From: Micrococcus luteus NCTC 2665
GTDB lineage: Bacteria > Actinomycetota > Actinomycetes > Actinomycetales > Micrococcaceae
Direction: 5' to 3'
Length of the DNA stretch: 32,000 nt
Assembly (NCBI RefSeq): GCF_000023205.1
Contig: NC_012803.1
Coordinates: forward strand, 360,001-392,000
A program made the position numbers and the translations under genes. This document shows positions 8,373-16,576 of this stretch, piece by piece. Position 1 is the first letter of the stretch. Each line of letters starts with the position of its first letter. The notes beneath the pieces were generated by a model that did not search any database, had not been told where the DNA came from, and saw only the letters and a list, made by a program, of their open reading frames with translations.

Positions 8373-8503
8373 CGCGCCCGGGGTGACGCCGGGGTGGGTG
8401 AGCCGTCTCCCACTGCCGCCGGATTTCCTGCGCTCTTGCTCTGACGTGGACGTCCTCTCAGAATCTCGTTCGGTTTCCTCCCAGGAAACGAGGCGTATAA
8501 ATC

Positions 8504-8528
8504 GGGTCTGCCGTGAGTTTGGTTGACA
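8504..8528 (+). repeat. IS3-family left terminal inverted repeat
   Basis: GGGTCTGCCGTGAGTTTGGTTGACA is the exact reverse complement of 11190-11214. Confidence 0.9.
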
Positions 8529-8571
8529 TCTGATCTGTGGTCCCGGGAGGGACTGCTGGAAGGATGTCCTC

Positions 8572-8786
8572 ATGCCCGCTGCATACCCCCGAGAGTTCCG
8601 CCAGGACGTGGTCGCGATCGCCCGTAAGGGCCAGATGCCGATCGCGCAGGTCGCGAAGGACTTCGGCATCACCGCCTCCTGCCTACGGCGCTGGCTGGCC
8701 CAGGATGATGTCGAGGCCGGGATCCGGCCCGGCATCACCAAGGCTGAGAACGAGGAGCTGAAGGCGCTCAAGCGCCGCAACCGTGA
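8572..8786 (+). pseudogene. IS3-family orfA, 5' fragment (HTH transposase subunit), truncated by the IS256 insertion
   Basis: MPAAYPREFRQDVVAIARKGQMPIAQVAKDFGITASCLRRWLAQDDVEAGIRPGITKAENEELKALKRRNRE then runs into IS256 sequence (VKSRVVV stop). The reading frame resumes at 10212. Confidence 0.85.
8779..8786. repeat. 8-bp target-site duplication AACCGTGA (left copy) of the IS256-family element
   Basis: An identical octamer lies at 10212-10219, immediately outside the IS256 ends. Confidence 0.85.
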
Positions 8787-10211
8787 GGTCAAGTCCCGAG
8801 TAGTGGTGTAACGCTCTGATCCTCCATTGGTGCTGTTAGGCGCTGAGTTCGAGGGTGGTTTCCGGTTCGGCGTTCACCTCGTTCCCGGTGTCGTCCACGG
8901 TGGTGAGGCGGCAGCGGGCCAACACCTCGAGGCCGAGGTAGCGGCGGCCCTCGGCCCACTCATCGGTCTGCTCAGCCAGCACCGCCCCGACCAGGCGCAC
9001 GATCGCTGCCCGGTTCGGGAAGATGCCCACGGCGTCGGTGCGACGCCGGATCTCGCGGTTGAGCCGTTCGGCCGGGTTGTTCGACCAGATCTGGGTCCAC
9101 ACGTCCTTGGGGAACGTGGTGAACGCCAGGATGTCCGCCCGGGCACCATCGAGGTGTTCGGCCACCGCGGGCAGCTTTTCGCTGACGTAGTCCAGCAGCC
9201 GGTCGAACTGGGCGTCCACGCTGGCGGCGTCGGGCTGGTCATACACCGAGTGCAGCATGGCCTTCACGGCCGGCCACATGGACTTGGGGGTGATGCCCAT
9301 CAGGTTCGCCGCGTAGTGGGTCCGGCACCGCTGCCAGGTCGCTCCGGGCAGGTTCGCGGCGATGGCGTCCTTGAGCCCGGTGTGGGCGTCGGAAGTGACC
9401 AGGCGGACTCCGGTCAGGCCCCGGGCCACCAGGTCGGCGAAGAACTCGTTCCACGCCGACCCCGTCTCCGAGGTGGCCACCCGCAGGCCGAGGACCTCGC
9501 GGTGGCCGTCACCATTGACCCCGGTGGCCAGCAGCACCACGGCGTTGACCACGCGCCCGCCCTCACGCACCTTCATCGTCAACGCGTCGGCGGCCACGAA
9601 CGTGAACGGCCCAGCCTCCCCGAGCGGGCGATGACGGAAGGACTCGACCTGCTCGTCCAGCTCGGTGGCCATCCGCGAGACCTGGGACTTCGACAGCGCG
9701 TTGATCCCGAGGGTCTTGACCAGTTTGTCCATCCGCCGGGTCGAGACCCCGGCCAGGTAGCAGTCGGCGACCACCGTGATCAGCGCGGATTCGGCCCTTT
9801 TGCGGCGCTCGAGCAGCCACTCCGGGAAGTACGTGCCCGACCTGAGTTTGGGGATCGCCACGTCCAGGGTCCCGACCCGGGTGTCCAGGTCCCGGTGCCG
9901 GTACCCATTGCGCTGGGCCGTGCGGTCACGGGAGGGTTTGCCCCATTCGGCGCCGACCACCGCATCGGCGTCAGCGCAGAGCAGGGTGTTGATCATCGTC
10001 TGCAGCAGGTGGCGCATCATGTCCGGGGAGGCCTCGGACAGGGCTTCGCCCAGCAGGCCGGCAGGGTCGACAATATGAGGAGCGGTCATCGTGATGACTC
10101 CATTCGAGGATTCTGTGAGAGGTTGACTCGAAGGATCACACGGTGGCCGCGTCCACGTCTGGAACGACGTGCCCGACCACCGGGCGCTACACCACTATGC
10201 GGGACTCAACT
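8787..10211 (-). mobile_element. IS256-family insertion sequence, 1425 bp, apparently intact
   Basis: The imperfect terminal inverted repeats are GGTCAAGTCCCGAGTAGTGGTGTAACGC (8787-8814) and, as the reverse complement of 10184-10211, AGTTGAGTCCCGCATAGTGGTGTAGCGC; they match at 22 of 28 positions. It has one 417-aa transposase ORF and 8-bp flanking direct repeats, as is typical for IS256. Confidence 0.88.
8836..10089 (-). CDS. IS256-family (Mutator-type) DDE transposase, 417 aa
   Basis: The track ORF reads MTAPHIVDPAGLLGEALSEASPDMMRHLLQTMINTLLCADADAVVGAEWGKPSRDRTAQRNGYRHRDLDTRVGTLDVAIPKLRSGTYFPEWLLERRKRAE...YLAGVSTRRMDKLV...VTSDAHTGLKDAI...WQRCRTHYAANL...TTNPAERLNREIRRRT. These are hallmark IS256 transposase blocks. 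Confidence 0.93.
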   Translation of the reverse strand: MTAPHIVDPAGLLGEALSEASPDMMRHLLQTMINTLLCADADAVVGAEWGKPSRDRTAQRNGYRHRDLDTRVGTLDVAIPKLRSGTYFPEWLLERRKRAESALITVVADCYLAGVSTRRMDKLVKTLGINALSKSQVSRMATELDEQVESFRHRPLGEAGPFTFVAADALTMKVREGGRVVNAVVLLATGVNGDGHREVLGLRVATSETGSAWNEFFADLVARGLTGVRLVTSDAHTGLKDAIAANLPGATWQRCRTHYAANLMGITPKSMWPAVKAMLHSVYDQPDAASVDAQFDRLLDYVSEKLPAVAEHLDGARADILAFTTFPKDVWTQIWSNNPAERLNREIRRRTDAVGIFPNRAAIVRLVGAVLAEQTDEWAEGRRYLGLEVLARCRLTTVDDTGNEVNAEPETTLELSA

Positions 10212-10219
10212 AACCGTGA
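10212..10219. repeat. 8-bp target-site duplication AACCGTGA (right copy)
   Basis: It is identical to 8779-8786. Confidence 0.85.
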
Positions 10220-10294
10220 ATTGGAGATGGAGAACGAGGTCCTACGCCGCGCAGCCGCGTATCTGTCGCAGGCGAACCTGAAATTGGGTCAGTC

Positions 10295-10301
10295 CCCAAA
10301 A
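10295..10301 (+). promoter_or_regulatory. Candidate -1 programmed frameshift heptamer C CCA AAA at the IS3 orfA/orfB junction
   Basis: In the orfA frame the codons are TCC CCA AAA TGA, so CCCAAAA fits X XXY YYZ. A -1 slip enters the orfB frame (ATG 10301). Confidence 0.4.
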
Positions 10302-11182
10302 TGAGCTATCCCGTCGTGAAGGACCTGGCCCGCGACGGGATTCCCGTGAAACTCTCCTGCCGGGTCCTCGGGTTCTCCCGTCAGGCCTACTACCAGTGGC
10401 TGGCCGAACCTGTCAGCGAGCGGGAATGGTCCGACGCGCATGCCGCCAACGCCGTCCTCGACGCCCATGCCGATGACCCGGAGTTCGGATACCGGTTCCT
10501 GGCTGATGAGCTCCGCGGCCGTGGCCTGGCCGTGTCGGACCATCAGGTGTTGAAGGCCTGTCGGCTCGTGAAGGTCCGCTGCTGCCACTCGATCCGTCGC
10601 GGCTCGGGCAAGCGTCCTGGCCCTGCCGTTCATGATGATCTGGTTCGTCGTCAGTTCCGCGCTGAGAAGCCGAACCAGCTGTGGCTCACGGACATCTCAG
10701 AGCATTGGGCCGGGGATTCCAAGCTCTATCTCTGCGCGGTCAAGGACGTGTTCTCGAACCGGATCGTGGGCTACTCGATCAATCGGCGGATGAGCTCGCA
10801 GCTGGCCGTGGACGCCCTGCAGATGGCTCTGGCCCGGCGTGGAGGCAAGGCCGAGGTGCAGGGTTGCCGGGTGCATCCGGATCGAGGATCGCAATTTCGA
10901 GCCAGACGATTCGTGGAGACGCTGCGGGTCAACGGCCTGGTCGGGTCGATGGGCAGGGTCGGTGCTGCTGGGGACAACGCGGCAATGGAATCCTTCTTCG
11001 CGCTGTTGCAGAAGAACGTGCTGAACCGGCGTCGCTGGCAGTCCTTCGACCAGCTCCGGCTCGCGATCGTGAGCTGGATCGAGCGGACCTATCACCGCCG
11101 TCGTAGGCAGGCCCGTCTCGGGAAGCTCACCCCTGTCGAGTTCGAGATGGTTCAATCAGTCCAGGCGGCTGCCGCCGCCTGA
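10301..11182 (+). CDS. IS3-family orfB, DDE integrase-core transposase, 293 aa
   Basis: The track ORF contains HTH_21-like LGFSRQAYYQW, then NQLWLTDISEH...LCAVKDVFSNRIVGYS...VHPDRGSQFRARRF...GSMGRVGAAGDNAAMESFFALLQKNVL. This is the rve-domain D, D, E pattern. Confidence 0.92.
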   Translation: MSYPVVKDLARDGIPVKLSCRVLGFSRQAYYQWLAEPVSEREWSDAHAANAVLDAHADDPEFGYRFLADELRGRGLAVSDHQVLKACRLVKVRCCHSIRRGSGKRPGPAVHDDLVRRQFRAEKPNQLWLTDISEHWAGDSKLYLCAVKDVFSNRIVGYSINRRMSSQLAVDALQMALARRGGKAEVQGCRVHPDRGSQFRARRFVETLRVNGLVGSMGRVGAAGDNAAMESFFALLQKNVLNRRRWQSFDQLRLAIVSWIERTYHRRRRQARLGKLTPVEFEMVQSVQAAAAA

Positions 11183-11189
11183 TAACTCG

Positions 11190-11214
11190 TGTCAACCAAA
11201 CTCACGGCAGACCC
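11190..11214 (+). repeat. IS3-family right terminal inverted repeat
   Basis: TGTCAACCAAACTCACGGCAGACCC is the exact reverse complement of 8504-8528. Confidence 0.9.
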
Positions 11215-11272
11215 ATGTGCCCGTACGTGGGCCGGTCCGACCCCGCCGGGCACACCTCATGAAGGAGCACAC

Positions 11273-11575
11273 ATGCATCTGCAGCCCAAGGACCTCGAGA
11301 AGCTCCTGGTGGTGGTGGCCGCCGACCTGGCGCGCCGTCGCCAGCAGCGCGGCCTCAAGCTGAACCATCCGGAGGCGATCGCGATCATCACCTATGAGCT
11401 GATGGAGGGCGCGCGCGACGGCCGCAGCGTCGCCGACCTCATGAGCTGGGGCAGCACCATCCTCACCGTCGACGACGTCCAGGAGGGCGTGGCCGACATG
11501 ATCTCGATGGTCCAGGTCGAGGCGACCTTCCCCGACGGCACCAAGCTCGTCACCGTCCACGACCCCATCCGCTGA
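11273..11575 (+). CDS. ureA: Urease subunit gamma, 100 aa
   Basis: In-frame ATG at 11273 with GAAGGAG 6 nt upstream. The product reads [60 protein letters not shown]...[18 protein letters not shown]. Confidence 0.94.
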   Translation: MHLQPKDLEKLLVVVAADLARRRQQRGLKLNHPEAIAIITYELMEGARDGRSVADLMSWGSTILTVDDVQEGVADMISMVQVEATFPDGTKLVTVHDPIR

Positions 11576-11595
11576 ACCGGACCCAGGAGGAGACC

Positions 11596-12030
11596 ATGAA
11601 GCCCGGAGAGTACGTCCTCGCCGACGCCCCCGTCGTCTGCAACCGCGGCCGTGAGGCTGTCGAGCTGTCCGTCACCAACCGGGGCGACCGCCCCGTGCAG
11701 GTCGGCTCGCACTTCCACTTCGCCGAGGCCAACCGCGCCCTCGACTTCGACCGTCAGGCCGCCCTCGGCTGCCGCCTGGACATCCCGGCCGGCACCGCCG
11801 TGCGGCTCGAGCCCGGCGACGAGACCACCGTCAAGCTCATCCCCCTCGGCGGCGACCGCGTCGTCTACGGCTTCCGGGACATGGTCGACGGTTCGCTCGA
11901 CCCCCACGAGGCAGCCGGCCTCCACGCCGCGCCCGCCGCTCCCGCCATCCCGGCCCGTCACGAGTCCGCCGCGGGCGACGCCCCGTCGCCGCTGAAGGAA
12001 CGCGCCGGCTTCGACAACGAGACCCGCTGA
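11596..12030 (+). CDS. ureB: Urease subunit beta with a ~43-aa C-terminal extension, 144 aa
   Basis: AGGAGG lies upstream. [53 protein letters not shown]...[15 protein letters not shown] is canonical UreB. The tail [44 protein letters not shown] is extra. Confidence 0.9.
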
Positions 12031-12052
12031 GTCCGCAGAGAGGACACACACC

Positions 12053-13768
12053 ATGAGCTTCGAGATCAGCCGCGAGCAGTATGCGAGCCTCTACGGACCC
12101 ACCACCGGCGACGCGATCCGCCTGGCGGACACCGAGCTGTTCGCCGTCGTCGAGGAGGACCTGACCACGCCCGGCGAGGAGGCCGTCTTCGGCGGCGGCA
12201 AGGTCATCCGCGACGGGATGGGCCAGAACAGCCAGCTCGTCCGCGACGTCGGCGTCCCCGACCTGGTGATCACCAACGTCGTGGTCATCGACTGGACCGG
12301 CATCTACAAGGCCGACATCGCCGTGCGCGACGCGCACATCGTGGCCATCGGCAAGGCCGGCAACCCACACACCATGGACGGCGTAGACATCGTGATCGGG
12401 GTGGCCACCGACGTCATCTCCGGCGAGGGCAAGATCCTCACCGCCGGCGGCATCGATACCCACGTGCACTTCATCAGCCCGGACCAGATCGAGACCGCGC
12501 TCTCCTCCGGTCTGACCACCATGATCGGCGGCGGCACCGGTCCCTCCGAGTCGTCGAAGGCCACCACCATCACCCCCGGCGAGTGGAACATCCACACCAT
12601 GCTCCGCTCGTTCGAGCACTGGCCCATGAACTTCGGCCTGCTCGGCAAGGGCCACGGCTCCTCCATCTCCCCGATGGCCGAGCAGATCCGTGCCGGCGCC
12701 ATCGGCCTGAAGGTCCACGAGGACTGGGGCGCCACGCCGTCGTCCATCAACACCGCCCTGCAGGTGGCGGACGAGTACGACGTCCAGGTGGCCATCCACA
12801 CGGACACCCTCAACGAGTCCGGCTTCGTGGAGGACACCCGCGCCGCGATCGACGGCCGCGTGATCCACACGTTCCACACCGAGGGCGCCGGCGGCGGCCA
12901 CGCCCCGGACATCATCGAGCTGGCGCAGTACCCGAACATCCTGCCCGCCTCCACCAACCCGACCCTGCCGTACACGACGAACACGGTCGAGGAGCATGTG
13001 GACATGCTCATGGTGGCGCATCACCTGAACGCGGACCTGCCGGAGGACGTGGCCTTCGCTGACTCCCGCATCCGCCAGGAGACCATCGCGGCCGAGGACG
13101 TCCTGCAGGACATGGGCATCTTCTCCATGACCTCCTCCGACTCCCAGGCGATGGGCCGCGTCGGCGAGGTGCTGATCCGCACGTGGCAGGTCGCGGACTC
13201 CATGAAGCGTCAGCGCGGCCCGCTGCCCGAGGACGAGGGCACCGCGGGGGACAACCACCGCATCAAGCGCTACGTGTCGAAGTACACCATCAACCCCGCC
13301 ATCGCCCACGGCATCGCCGATTCGGTCGGCTCCGTGGAGGTCGGCAAGTTCGCCGACCTCGTGCTGTGGGAGCCGCAGTTCTTCGGGGTGAAGCCGGACC
13401 TGGTCATCAAGGGCGGGCAGATGGTCTACGGGGTCGTGGGCGACCCCAACGGCTCCATCCCGACGCCACAGCCCCGCTGGTACCGCAGGTCATTCGGCGC
13501 GTACGGCCAGGCCGTGCACACCTCTGCCATCACCTTCATGTCCGAGGCGTCCATCCGGGCCGGCCTGCCGCGCGCCCTGGGGCTGCAGAAGACCATCCGC
13601 GCCGTGCACGGCATCCGCGACCTCACCAAGGCGGACATGCGCCACAACGGCGAGACGCCCCGCCTCGAGGTGGACCCGGAGACGTACGAGGTCCGCGTGG
13701 ACGGGGAGCCCGTCACGTGCGAGCCGCAGGACGTCCTGCCCATGGCCCAGCGCTACTTCCTGTTCTGA
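12053..13768 (+). CDS. ureC: Urease subunit alpha, 571 aa
   Basis: [29 protein letters not shown]...[10 protein letters not shown]...[12 protein letters not shown]...[12 protein letters not shown]...[16 protein letters not shown]...MLMVAHHL...[12 protein letters not shown] contains all the nickel-ligand and carbamyl-lysine motifs. Confidence 0.97.
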
Positions 13769-13781
13769 GAGAGGGGACCGC

Positions 13782-14279
13782 ATGATCGTCACCGAGATCC
13801 TCGGCAACGTCCACGACGACGCCGGCGCCGCCCTGGTGGGCGACCGCCACCGGGAGCAGGTGCACCTCGAGGGCTCCGCCCTCGTCAAGCGCATCCAGCG
13901 GCTGCGCACCGACCACGGCAATGAGTACGGGCTGCGTCTGCCCGCCGGGTCCCCGGACCTGCGGGACGGCGACATCCTGACCGTCGACGACGACGACGAG
14001 GGCGAGCGCGGCAACGCCGTGATCGTGCGCGTGCTGTCCACGGACGTGCTGGTGATCTCGGCGCGATCGCTGCGCGAGATGGCGTTCGTGGCGCACAGCC
14101 TGGGCAACCGGCACCTGCCGGCCCAGTTCTTCGACGCGGACGGGCCCTTCGGCCGGGACGCGATGGTGGTGCAGCACGACCACACCGTCGAGGACTTCCT
14201 GCGCGCCCACGACGTGCCCCACGAGCGGCAGGAACGCGTCATGGACGTGCCCTTCCGCCATGCCGAGCACACCCACTGA
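13782..14279 (+). CDS. ureE: Urease accessory protein UreE (nickel metallochaperone), 165 aa
   Basis: Operon position after ureC. LGNRHLPAQF is the conserved UreE H/GNRH motif. The C-terminus FRHAEHTH is short and His-containing. Confidence 0.85.
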   Translation: MIVTEILGNVHDDAGAALVGDRHREQVHLEGSALVKRIQRLRTDHGNEYGLRLPAGSPDLRDGDILTVDDDDEGERGNAVIVRVLSTDVLVISARSLREMAFVAHSLGNRHLPAQFFDADGPFGRDAMVVQHDHTVEDFLRAHDVPHERQERVMDVPFRHAEHTH

Positions 14280-14997
14280 CATGGCCGGGACCACCTCCAC
14301 GGCGGCGCCGGGCGTCCCGTCCGGCGTCGCCCTCCTGGGGATGCTGCAGCTGACGGACTCCGCGCTGCCCACGGGCGCCTTCAGCCACTCCCTGGGCCTG
14401 GAGACCTACATGAGCGACGGCCGGATCGAGGGCGAGGAGGACTTCGCCGCCTGGCTGGAGATGTTCGTGGAGCAGCAGCTCACGTTCACGGACGCGCTGG
14501 CGGTCCGCCTGGTCTACGCGGCGGAGAACTTCGGCGCCGTCGCGGACCTGGACGAGCTCGTCACCGCGCAGGCGCTCCCCGCCCAGATCCGCGAGGCGGG
14601 GCGCACGATGGGGCGGCGACTGCTGCGCATCGGCGCCCCCGCCTACCCGGGGGACTGGGTCCGCCGCTACCACGAGGGGGTCGAGGCGGGCACGCTCGAC
14701 GCCCACCAGGCCCTCGTCTGGGGCGTCATCGCCCGGGAGATCGGGGTGCCCGTCGAGGAGGCGGTGGCCGCGCACCTGCACGCCTCCGTCATGTCGCTGA
14801 CGCAGAACGCCGTCCGCGGCATCCCGCTGGGCCAGGACGCGGGCCAGCGGGTCGTCCGCCGGGCCCAGGAGTGGGTCCTGCGGGCCGTCGAGGTCTCCCG
14901 TGACCTCGACCCCGACGACCTCGGGGCCATCGCCCCGGGGCTGGAGATCGCTCAGATGCGGCACGAGCGGCAGCGCGCCCGCATGTTCATGAGCTGA
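14260..14997 (+). CDS. ureF: Urease accessory protein UreF, 245 aa (alternative ATG at 14281)
   Basis: [27 protein letters not shown] is the signature UreF N-terminal block. The 14260 start overlaps ureE by 20 nt, and the 14281 start lies 1 nt after the ureE stop. Neither has a clear SD. Confidence 0.85.
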   Translation: MPSTPTDMAGTTSTAAPGVPSGVALLGMLQLTDSALPTGAFSHSLGLETYMSDGRIEGEEDFAAWLEMFVEQQLTFTDALAVRLVYAAENFGAVADLDELVTAQALPAQIREAGRTMGRRLLRIGAPAYPGDWVRRYHEGVEAGTLDAHQALVWGVIAREIGVPVEEAVAAHLHASVMSLTQNAVRGIPLGQDAGQRVVRRAQEWVLRAVEVSRDLDPDDLGAIAPGLEIAQMRHERQRARMFMS

Positions 14998-15014
14998 GCG
15001 GCCCGCGCACCACA

Positions 15015-15049
15015 CCGGGCCGGCCGTACCCCGCGCGGGGCCGGCCCGG
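15015..15049 (+). other. Intra-operon GC hairpin between ureF and ureG (11-bp stem, 13-nt loop)
   Basis: CCGGGCCGGCC (15015-15025) pairs with GGCCGGCCCGG (15039-15049). Confidence 0.4.
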
Positions 15050-15079
15050 CACCACCGACACACACAGAAGGAGAACACC

Positions 15080-15691
15080 ATGGATCCCGTGATCATCGGC
15101 ATCGGAGGCCCCGTGGGGGCCGGCAAGACCCAGCTCGTGGAGCGCCTCACCCGCGCGATGAGCGAGGAGATCTCGATGGCCGCCATCACCAACGACATCT
15201 ACACGATCGAGGACGCCAAGATCCTCTCCCGCACCTCGGTGCTCCCGGAGGAGCGGATCGTGGGCATCGAGACGGGCGGCTGCCCCCACACCGCCATCCG
15301 CGAGGACACCTCCATGAACGAGGCGGCCATCGAGCAGCTCAAGGCCCGTTTCCCGGACCTTCAGGTGATCTTCGTGGAGTCCGGCGGCGACAACCTCTCG
15401 GCGACCTTCAGCCCGGAGCTCGTCGACTTCTCGATCTACATCATCGACGTCGCCCAGGGTGAGAAGATCCCGCGCAAGGCCGGCCAGGGCATGATCAAGT
15501 CGGACCTGTTCATCGTCAACAAGACGGACTTGGCCCCGTACGTGGGCGCTGACCTGTCCGTCATGGAGTCCGACTCGAAGGTGTTCCGCAAGGACCGCCC
15601 GTTCGCCTTCACGAACCTCAAGACCGACGAGGGCCTGGACGTCGTCATGGACTGGATCCGCAACGACGTGCTGATGGCAGACCTTGGCTGA
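15080..15691 (+). CDS. ureG: Urease accessory GTPase UreG, 203 aa
   Basis: GAAGGAG lies upstream. The product has P-loop [14 protein letters not shown], the CPH nickel motif ([13 protein letters not shown]), ESGGDNL and NKTDL. Confidence 0.96.
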   Translation: MDPVIIGIGGPVGAGKTQLVERLTRAMSEEISMAAITNDIYTIEDAKILSRTSVLPEERIVGIETGGCPHTAIREDTSMNEAAIEQLKARFPDLQVIFVESGGDNLSATFSPELVDFSIYIIDVAQGEKIPRKAGQGMIKSDLFIVNKTDLAPYVGADLSVMESDSKVFRKDRPFAFTNLKTDEGLDVVMDWIRNDVLMADLG

Positions 15692-16538
15692 GGGCCTCAC
15701 CGGCGAGCTGCGCCTGCGCGTCGCCGTCCGCGGCGGCCGCTCCGTGGCCGCCCGGCAGTTCCACCAGGGGGCGCTGCGCGTGCTGCGCCCCCATTACCTG
15801 GACAGGTCCGGGCAGGTCTCCTACACCGTGATCAACCCCGGCGGCGCCTACTTCGGCGCCGACCGGTACGGGATCGAGGTCGACGTCGAGGAGGACGCCT
15901 CCCTGCTGCTGACCACGCAGTCCGCCACGAAGGTCTACCGCACCCCGCAGGGCCCCGCCCGGCAGGACATGACCCTGCGGCTGGGACCCGGTGCCGTCCT
16001 CGAGTACGTGCCCGACCAGCTGATCGTGTACCGGGGCGGGTCCTATCTGCAGGACACCCGCGTGGTGATGGACCCCTCCGCCTCTGTGCTGCTGGCCGAG
16101 GTGATCACCCCCGGGTGGTCGCCCACCGCCGAGCCGTTCCGCTACGACCGGCTCGGCATGCGCACGGAGGTGACCGTCGATCCCGGCGGGGACCCCCGCC
16201 GGCTCGTCGTGGACCAGCTCCGGCTCCACCCCGCGGAGGGCCAGGGCCTGACCGGGATGGGCATGCTCGAGGGCCACTCCCACACCGGGCAGCTGCTGGT
16301 CGCTGACCGTCGGCTGGACGCGGACCTCGTCGCCGAGCTCACGGAGGTCGTCGACGCCTCGGACACGGTCTCCGGCATCACCCGGGCGGGCACGGGCCGC
16401 GCCCACGGGGTGGACTGCGTGAGCGTGCGCTGCCTCGCCGCCTCCACCGGCCGCATCACCGCCCTGCACCACGCGCTCGCGGACCTGCTCCGTGCCCGCT
16501 GGCGGGACCAGTCCCCGCTCGCCCTGCGCAAGTACTGA
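15684..16538 (+). CDS. ureD: Urease accessory protein UreD/UreH, 284 aa, TTG start overlapping ureG by 8 nt
   Basis: Operon position. The product reads [34 protein letters not shown]...[13 protein letters not shown]...[13 protein letters not shown]. The first codon in the track ORF is TTG, so the exact start is uncertain. Confidence 0.82.
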   Translation: MAEGLTGELRLRVAVRGGRSVAARQFHQGALRVLRPHYLDRSGQVSYTVINPGGAYFGADRYGIEVDVEEDASLLLTTQSATKVYRTPQGPARQDMTLRLGPGAVLEYVPDQLIVYRGGSYLQDTRVVMDPSASVLLAEVITPGWSPTAEPFRYDRLGMRTEVTVDPGGDPRRLVVDQLRLHPAEGQGLTGMGMLEGHSHTGQLLVADRRLDADLVAELTEVVDASDTVSGITRAGTGRAHGVDCVSVRCLAASTGRITALHHALADLLRARWRDQSPLALRKY

Positions 16539-16576
16539 CCCACCCCATCCGTGCCCGCCGAGAAGGAGGACCCCCT

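Larger units (their letters stand above)
10212..10304 (+). pseudogene. IS3-family orfA, 3' fragment (leucine-zipper part), begins with the duplicated octamer
   Basis: AAC CGT GAA TTG GAG ATG GAG AAC GAG GTC CTA CGC CGC GCA GCC GCG TAT CTG TCG CAG GCG AAC CTG AAA TTG GGT CAG TCC CCA AAA TGA translates to NRELEMENEVLRRAAAYLSQANLKLGQSPK stop. Joining 8572-8786 to 10220-10304 restores a 99-aa in-frame orfA. Confidence 0.85.
8504..11214 (+). mobile_element. IS3-family insertion sequence (about 1278 bp backbone) whose orfA is interrupted by an IS256-family element
   Basis: It is bounded by perfect 25-bp terminal inverted repeats. It carries orfA (HTH) and orfB (DDE integrase) in the IS3 arrangement, with a slippery site and an ATGA overlap at the junction. 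Confidence 0.88.

Noticed and set aside
8473-8489. GTTTCC-N5-GGAAAC inverted repeat upstream of the IS, considered as a GlnR- or AmtR-type nitrogen-regulator box for the urease operon.
   Set aside because: It does not fit the gTnAc-N6-GaAAc GlnR pattern or the AmtR consensus as I remember them. At 6 bp it is too short to call without comparative data.
6228-8792. Very long ORFs in the track that overlap the called genes on the opposite strand or in other frames. Examples are 6228..8792 (-, 854 aa), 17625..20243 (+, 872 aa), 20350..22506 (-, 718 aa), 22493..25612 (+, 1039 aa), 29125..31185 (-, 686 aa) and 8827..10281 (+, 484 aa).
   Set aside because: Their products are Arg/Gly/Pro/Ala-rich low-complexity strings with no motifs, whereas the overlapping frames encode unmistakable conserved proteins (PEPCK, Hmp, RecQ, PMM and others). 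Stop-codon scarcity in GC-rich DNA explains them.
8501-11217. A target-site duplication flanking the outer IS3-family element.
   Set aside because: The flanking triplets are ATC (8501-8503) and ATG (11215-11217). Shifting the boundaries by 1-2 nt does not produce a perfect 3-4-bp repeat, so none is claimed.
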